Below are positions 53,665-62,600 of a stretch of DNA of 64,000 bases, piece after piece. Every line of letters starts with the position of its first letter. Positions within the stretch are counted from its first letter, which is position 1. Both the position numbers and the translations under genes were made by a program. The notes below the pieces were generated by a model, which worked only from the letters and a program-made list of their open reading frames with translations, was not told where the DNA came from and did no database searches. This DNA comes from Lytechinus pictus (lineage: Eukaryota): positions 372,001-436,000 of the forward strand of contig NC_087252.1 in NCBI RefSeq assembly GCF_037042905.1. Reading direction: 5' to 3'.

Positions 53665-56600
53665 GGGGGGGGGGGTAGTTTCTATGTTTAGGTTTGAGAC
53701 AGGTTATGGGACATTTTGAGTTCCATTAAACAATTGAATTCTTAATTTCCAGAGTGTTTGTTCAGGACCTATCAAGTTCTGGTGAGCTATAGGTTGAAGT
53801 TTGGACTTAGGTAGACATGCAGTTTCCCCCTTACCTTTACGCTCATCTTTCCCAACTGTGACTTTCCTGGCCCCAGCACTGTGGATCTCCCTCTCCTTTC
53901 TTGGACCTGGTCCTAGCCCCTCTACCGGTCCAGGACTCTGGAAGGAAGCCTGCAGGTCCAGGGTCTCGTGGGCCAGGGCTGAGGCTAGCTGATTCTGCAG
54001 GGATGTCTTGATCATGGGGATGAGGTTGCCGAGCCAGTTTTCAATAGGACCCTCACAGGATACAACCTAAAGGAGATAACAAGATATTAATACAATCCTT
54101 ATAATAGCATTATAGAACTTGGAGAGGAAGCCTGATGGTCTAATGTCTGATAGGCAAGGCTGATCGATCTGCAAGGAAATGTTGGTAATGGGGATGTGGT
54201 TGCCGAGCTAGTTTTCCTTAGAGCCTTCACAAGAAACCACCTAGGAAGATAGTAAAATAGTCCTGCTATGATACTCATCTTCTTCTAAAATTATAAAATA
54301 TTTTAGAGAAAACTTTTATCTTCCCATCTAATAGGGTCCAGACCTGGGTCCCATAACACAAAGGTTAGCAATAGATCGTATGCTTGATTTTCACGATTGA
54401 TTGTACATTGTAGTCAATGCAATCAATCATAGAAAAATGCTCTGTAATCATTGCTAAGCTTTGTTTTACAGGCTCCTAGAGAAAAGTTGAGGCTATTTTG
54501 CACATTTTCATGAATATGGCATCAATCATATTAATAATAAAAATATAATAATATTCCGCATTTATATAGCGCTTAATACATCGGAACGACGTCTCTAAGC
54601 GCTTTACAGACAAATTATTACCCCGGTCATCGGATCCTTGCATGCCTGCATACAATGTATGCACCTTCTCCACTCCCTGGGGAGCATTCCAACAAGAGTT
54701 CCAAGACTCAATCGCTAAGCATACTACATAGAGGCTTTCACATCCTACCGGGTACCCATTTAACACCTGGGTGGAGAGTGGCAAAGTGTGGATTAACGCC
54801 TTGCCAAAGGACGCTAGGCCATGGTGGGATTCAAACACACGACCCTCTGATTGCAAGGCAAAAGTCAGAACCACTACATCACGACGCTTCCACTTATTAA
54901 GACAATATCACAAATTTAAGACTGACTGCGACTGGTTTAACATATGGAAACATCTTCATAAAGTAATGAGTGTGATGTTTCATCATGCTAATGATTAATT
55001 ATTCAATCTAAAAACACATGTTTTCAGCTAATCAAACATCTTTTTTTTTTTTTTTACAATGGTAAGATGACTTGTAAAGGAGCATGTTTTACATGTTGAC
55101 ACTGTATTTATACACAATCTCATCAATGACTGTTAGAAAAAAATCTTCTGAGCATTATCAGGCCAAGGTAAGTCTAGGTAAAATACTGAAAAAGACAAGA
55201 TATAGATCAAGAGATGCATTCAAGCTTAGTTGGACCATTTTCTGAGGAACTAACAGAGGAGAGAATTGTGCTTACCTGTTTAAGGGGTAGTTTCTCTCCC
55301 AGCATGCTAATCAAGCCGGTCACCTGGAAGTTAGATTCTGCAGCTTCTGAGGCATTGTTCTCAAACTCTAACCGACCAAGGTTCTCAAACAGTTTTGGAA
55401 GGTAGAGATTCACCTGGTTGAGATCATAACCTAGAAGGGAAAGACACAAAGGAACATCTCAATTCAAACACATTCTACAGATTGTAAAGTATTCTAAAAC
55501 TCTAAGGGTCGTATTCTGAAGTCGGGTTTAACTTAAACTCAGGTTTAAAGTTGTGGTTTAAGTATGGATAACCTATTGTTACATAAATCACTGACAGTAG
55601 AGATATCATATTTCAACTCCTTTGGCTCTCAAATCATTGAATTTCATAATTGTCTAGGAAGTATAAAAAGATGATTGTCTTCACCATTGATGAATCAGGA
55701 AAGAGCACAGTAAGCATAAGAAACATACAACTTCATGAAAGATTTGACACTTTTGGCTTCCCATAATTTTAGCACAGAGTTAGACCAGGGTCTAAGTTAA
55801 ACCCGACTTCAGAATACGGGCCTAACTGATTACATTTCTCAAAGAGCTTAGAAAGGTAGAGATTCACCTGATTGAGGTCATATAGCCTTGATTGGAAAGA
55901 CAGAAAGCAAAATCACTATAAATCCTGAATGATTCAAACACATTATGCAGATTGCAAAGTACTGTCTGCAAACTCGAGTCGATCACATTTCTCACCTCGT
56001 TCCCAAGTTCATGCAACCATTAAATATATCACAATTGGGTATTTGTAGCTGATCGCAAAACAAGACTTTATCCGTTCAAAATTATTCTACGATCAATACA
56101 ATTGCAGTGACTGATCTGTTATGATCTGATACGATCTCTATGATTAGTCTACATGTATAATTAAGCCCATGGTTTCAATCAAGACCCTAATTGTGACAGT
56201 GGGAACTAGGCATTAGAAGGGTTAAGGTTGAAATGTGAAAGGGGAGGAGAAACCTCTGCCTTTGTCTCTTAACAAGCAAAGAACATCAGTCAGCAGAACT
56301 CAAGCTTTGAATGGAAAGCTAAATCAAAATGACTTTGTAAATTATAGATTGTTCAATCAATTGCATACACAGTAATCACTTGCTTACAATATAATAATAA
56401 TAATAATAATAACAATATTCAAATTTATACAGCGTTTCATATGTTGGTTTCCAAGCACTTTACTTTGTAATTATTATTACCCCGGTCATAGGATCCATCA
56501 CTGTTCCACACATAAAGTGCACCATCTTCACTCCCTGGGGAGTATCCTGGCCATGCAACCGTTTATTGGTGCACACATGCCAATCTAATCACATTGACTC

Positions 56601-59600
56601 TAAAATCCTACCGGGTAACCATTTGACACCTGGGTGGAGAGTGACAAACGTGGATAAGTGTCTTGCCAAAGGACATTAGCGCCGGATGGGATTCCTACCC
56701 TCGACCCTTGGTTTAAAAGTCAAATGACTGAAACAGCACACAATGACGCCTCCACAAATAATAAATTTGGTACTATTGTTACTATCATCACCGTTAACCA
56801 TGACCTTTTATAAGGGAAGGAGAGAGGAAGTTTTGACCAAACAATAAAGAACCTTGAGGACTCACCATTGCACACAACATGAAGGACATCCTCCATTGAA
56901 AGGAAGTAGAACCTTGGAAACCTTTGCCGACGTCTCTCAAGATGCTGAAGCAATGAACGTCTACAGATCTCAAGGTTACTGTTCATCTTCTCAAGCAAAC
57001 CAAGGATTGCTGATAGGAAAGAAGTACTGAGATTGATTTAAATGGAATTTGCACTTCCTCAAAAATTGTTAATTAAATTGAATGTATTAATACTCACTAC
57101 AATTAAGTAACTTCATTCAGATACATGTACATGTAACTATCCCAATAATTTTTCACTTGTCATGACCTTTCAAGTGTAGACATTAAATCATTACACATGA
57201 TTAGATCCATTTTTTTGTTTTGGTTTTTCAATAAAACGATCATTTATTTTAAAAGATATACAATCCATGATTGATATTTCAAAAACAGTAAGTTTGTAAT
57301 GGAAAAGGGTATTTCAGTGCACGTCAAAAGGAAGATTTGTTACATGATAACAACACAATCCTATGACCTGGATTAAACGTTCTTACATTCATATTATATT
57401 ATATTAAACGCCCTAAGTACAGATCAAAATTTGCTTTTAACCCTAATTTTCCCGGGGGGGGGGGGGGGGACAATTTTCGCGATATATAAAAAAAAAAAAC
57501 ATTATGTAAGTGCATGTCAGACCAAAAATTGCTCCTAAACGTGATTTCATGTACAAATCCAATGCAAATTGTGTATTTAGCCAAAATTCATAAATGTATC
57601 AATATTTCTACTTTTACTGATTAAACTTAATTAATTTTGCCTTGTTTATGATCAGAATTAAGTCTGGAACGATTTCCATAGAAAAAACAATAAAAAACAA
57701 AAAGTAAAAAAACAAAGAAATACATAAGAAATTAAAAAAACAATAAAATACATAAGAAATCGGTCTTGGTACCAGAATTTTTTCATTCACAATTGTTAGG
57801 AATGCTATAAAGAATATTTTCACCAAAAAATAGCATTCTAGGAGCTTTGATTAGCGAATCAGAGCAAAAAGTATGATTTCATGAATAAATTAGCAAAATT
57901 AATTCATATAAAATAAAAATATATGAATTCAGTGAAATTTACCAATGCAACTGCGTAGATTACGTCAATCTCTACCATCATGCAAATTTTTGTTGTGATC
58001 GCGCAATCCGCGGCTGAGATCTTAAGGGGGGCCATAATGGCCCCCCCCCCCCCCCCCCGGATTGACAAGAATAAAAATACCCCAGGAGAATTAGGGTTAA
58101 AACCCAAAATAAACCAAATGACTAACCTTTTCTCTGGCAGCACTGAAGAACATTTGGATTCTTCTCAGATGCTCTCATGAGAAGTCTGAAATCTCTGTTT
58201 GCTGACGTAAAGAGACTTGCTTCATGAGATAGAGATGCTCTGACATCAGCTCCACTGAACACCTACAAGTGTAACATAAAGAGATATTAATGTTTGTGAT
58301 TTATTTCTTCTCTGTTTACATGGTTCACTATAGACGTAAGGTTATGCTGTACTGAATGATGGATCAAATCATTAATGTCAAAAGGCCCAGGGGCCGTTTT
58401 ATAAAGCTGTTTGTAAGTTAAGACTGACTTTAAGAACGACTTGTGATCTTTTCTTGTGGTATGCGATATTCACCATTAAATGTTCATTGGTTATTATTTA
58501 GCACATAAGGATCACCAGTCGTTCTTAAAGTCGCTCTTAACTTACGAACAGCTTTATGAAACACCCATCCGGTTGTTACATAAAATTACAGTTACATTAC
58601 AAATCATTAAATTACTGTTTGGCAGCTCTGTTTATGAAAGTTGTCCTCTGACCTTTTTTATTCAACTCATTTCCCTTGAACCTCGTGCCACATGGCAAGA
58701 ACAGTCAAAATAGTCTGCAACATAACAGAATATGAAGATACAATGTTGCATGACATTCTCTAACCTCTTCCACTTCAACCCATTTCTCCTGTAACTCAAG
58801 CAACACAAGGGCCTGCCTGAAGAATCAAAATCTAATCAAAAGTCAAAGCCGCATCCTTTTTGCGGGAATCCCGCAAGCAGCCTTCAATTCTCACAATTCA
58901 TCCTAGACAATACAATAGTGAATGCAGGAAAACAGAGCTATGAAAAGACACAATTTGTCTTCAAAGTAGGATTGCTTCAAAGACGCAGCACAGTCTTTTG
59001 ACAGGGTACCAAGGTGGGCATATCACTAACAACAGAAAAAAAAGAAAGACCTGAAAACCATCCACTCACCTCTTCTAGCTCCACCCATTTCTCTTGGACC
59101 TCAAGCCACACTGTCAAGACTGCTTCAATGGTCTGTAGCCTCTTTTGCCACTTGGTGACTTCATCCAGGAAAGACCCTGCGGCACTGCTACTCTGCATAC
59201 CCTGGAGGGCTACCTGATGGGATTCAAGCTCGGTGAAGATAGGGTCTGTATCCTTCAACAGGAATAGGTTCCCAGAATCCTGACATTTGAAAAAAAATCA
59301 TAATCAATACAATGAATAAATACGAATCACAAAATGATATAGTAAAAGATAAATATTCATGATTCATCTGTTGACTCATCCATACTACATATTTTCTACT
59401 TATCCTCTCTTCTTTCCTCTCTTCATTTTCTGTTTGTTCACTTATGCTATATTCAGACAGATTTGTGTAGAAGGGCATACCTTATACAAGCCATCGTGTC
59501 TAATAGGGTATAGAAAATTTGTTGAATCTTTTATTTTGGAAGAAATGTTTAAAATTGAATTTGACTGGTAATGTATCACTGTAAGAATTGCAACACTCTC

Positions 59601-62600
59601 TGATAAGGACTTAGTCAAAACTCAGAGCCACATCTTTCCCGCAGGATTCCTCCAGGCAACTATTCATTAAAAATCACCAGAGTCACCATTTACAAAACAA
59701 TTGGGAATGCAGGAAAGCTTCAATGAAAAGATGCATATTATTCTTATAGTGGGATTCATGCTAAATGACTTTTGACAAGTTGCCTGACTGGGTATATATA
59801 TCTTACATCTCCTAAGTTGAGTAGAGATGCCGGTAGTGAGGAGACACTCGCCCTCTTCTGTCGGCCAGCACCAAGGGTCAGGGCAGACATTCTGCTCATG
59901 GTTCGACGTCGAGATCGTGTCTCGGTGATGGCGGTTCCAAGGTCACTTTGACTCTGAGACATCTCACTCTTAGTGTCAGAATGTTGCTGTAGAAGAAGGA
60001 ATGAGATAATATAAGAGATGAAAAAGTTTACCACGTAACAATGTAAATATATCTTTAACGTTTACCTTTACTACAATGATGAAAGAAATACTGAAGCAGA
60101 AATTCCCACTCTATATTGTCTTATAAAAGTCAAGGAGGTGGGGAACTGTGAATGCTTGAAAGGAATACAAATGTCTCAGAATTAAAAATGACAAACCTTA
60201 CGATATTCATGATGGCGATGGTAGTGATGACGATGATGATAGTGATGGTGATGATGATGATGAACAAGAAGTGCTTGTAAAATGATATTGTTGCTACTGG
60301 TGTTACTAATGATCATTGTATGACTTATGAACTGAAAGAGCCCCTACATGTACACTGTGGTTTGACTTACATCTTTATCATTCTTCTCACTGGTGCCCAC
60401 TACGATATGACGGACATGGGGTCGAAGGTCAAAGAGTTTGCTGAGCCAGATCTCTTCATACGTCTTCAGCGCACTCTCGATGGTCACATCCTTGACAGCT
60501 CGCTGTACAATGGCTCTTACTTCATCCACATGGTCTGGAAGAAAGTGGGGGAAGCAACATTGATTTACCTGGTATATTTCTCAGACAAAAAACAAATTTC
60601 AATGAATAAGATTGACTTTTTTGTCATGGACATTGAACTGCTGACTCAAGTCACTGACCCATTACAATTCTGCTGTCAAGAAATTGTTGGGATTACTTCA
60701 TCAACATCTTGATCAGTTGGGGGGAATTTCATGAAAGTTAATGGCACTGACTAAACTGAGAGCTCTAACAATATCAGTGAAATCCTTGATCATGCTTGGC
60801 TGAAAAACATTTTTGCCACTTTCCACCCAGGTATAGTAAATGGGTAACCAGTAGGAAGGAATTCCCTGAATGTTCGAGCATCTGATCAGGGTAGCCATGC
60901 TAACGCTAGGGTAAAAGTATGCAGCACTTGGAAACATTGCATTAATTGCTATGAATGTTGCATATTATTATTATATGATAACTGTCAGAGGAAGGCAATT
61001 TGATTTGTGCTGACAAGCTAAGTGAAAAGATGCGATGAAATTGTAAAGAAAATCTGTGACTTACTCTGAAGACCAAGTTGAAGAAGCTGGCCAAAGGTCA
61101 TATTGATGAGGCTCTCGTTGTCGATGACAAGGGCGCCCCCAGTGACCCGTACTAACTGCTTCCAATGCCTGGTTCTCATGGCTGGGTTGCTAAGATCTTC
61201 AATCAATGGAAGACAGGCCTGTATATGGAAAGGGAATTCACTTCATTAATCTTATCTTAAAGATGACTACGATCACATCTTTTCCAATAAATGCTTTACT
61301 GTTTGTCAATTCAAAGCAAAACTTAAGTTAAAGAACATCTCATCCTACCACAGATATTTTCTTTGAACCAACCAGAAACCTTAGAGTAACTAACAACCTT
61401 ACTCAATACTCGATCAAGGTTGTTATATCTACAACTGCATCATCCTGAAATGAACTGAAACAATAATCACACAGCGAACTATTTGGAGTGCACTTCAAAT
61501 GAAATAAATTGTCAGAATGAGATTATTAAACAGAAAACCTACAACCAGAAGGTAACATAACTAGATACCCAAGCCTGAAAATACTTCCCAACAATGTCTT
61601 AGATCCTGGTGGGTTTCATAAAGCTGTTCAAGTTATGTACAACTTTATGCACGACTGGAACATTTTCTTAGGTACTAAGTCAGTTATATAGGGATGGATC
61701 ATTTAGCACCAAGAAAGGATCACCAGTCGTGTGTAAAGCTATTTGTAGGTTACAGACAACTTTATGTAACACCTACCATGTTATGCTTTGGTGGTCAATT
61801 AATAATCAACATACGTAACACATACTGCCCAAGTTTCACATGTATTGTATTGTATTTATTTTCCATTCAAACTACATCAGGTATAATTACAAAATAAAAT
61901 ACAAAACGGATACATATGAATGGCTGGATTGCCCATTCAGAGTGGTAATTATTTCCACTCTGTTCTGCCTAGGGGTCCAGAACATAATAACAGGTGAAGC
62001 AGAGCAACAATCTAAAAAGAAACTCCAAAGCTTCTCACCTGGATGACAAGAATAGATTCCTGAAGCCCTCTAGTGACGTCCCAGTGTTGAGTCTCATCAG
62101 GTAACGTCTTAACGGTCGTCAGTTGATCATTGGTAGCTTCTCTGAGATACTTGGTATTCATACTCTGCCATCTCTCTTGCTTCCATTCCTGCTGCTGCTC
62201 CTGTAACGTTCTCACTGTATCCCATACCTCATGAAGATTGTGAAGCTCATGACGACACCTAAAAAAATAAGACAAGTTTTCTGGTTGGTGAAACAAGTAC
62301 TGTATAATCTGCTTAAGTCAACCCTATGTAGTTCAAAAAAGTCGAAGCACTTTCTACCAGTATACAGTATGTAAGCATGTGTATGCCATTATAATACTGA
62401 ATGTATACTACTGAATAAAAAGAAAAAAACAAGAGTTAAGAGTTAGCTTTGAATTTCATATAGGACTTGAAAAAGACTTGTTGGTCTTTGTATGAGGGTA
62501 TCCTTGAACATTCTAAACTTTAATTGTACTTGGAAATAATAATACAGGTTTAATGTCTGAATGAAATCTTATTGGACCACAGAAATCTCTTGGAATTACT

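Noticed and set aside
60320..60712. Plus-strand ORFs overlapping dynein exons (also 19304, 16788, 53801)
   Set aside because: Antisense shadows of coding exons, with no independent support.
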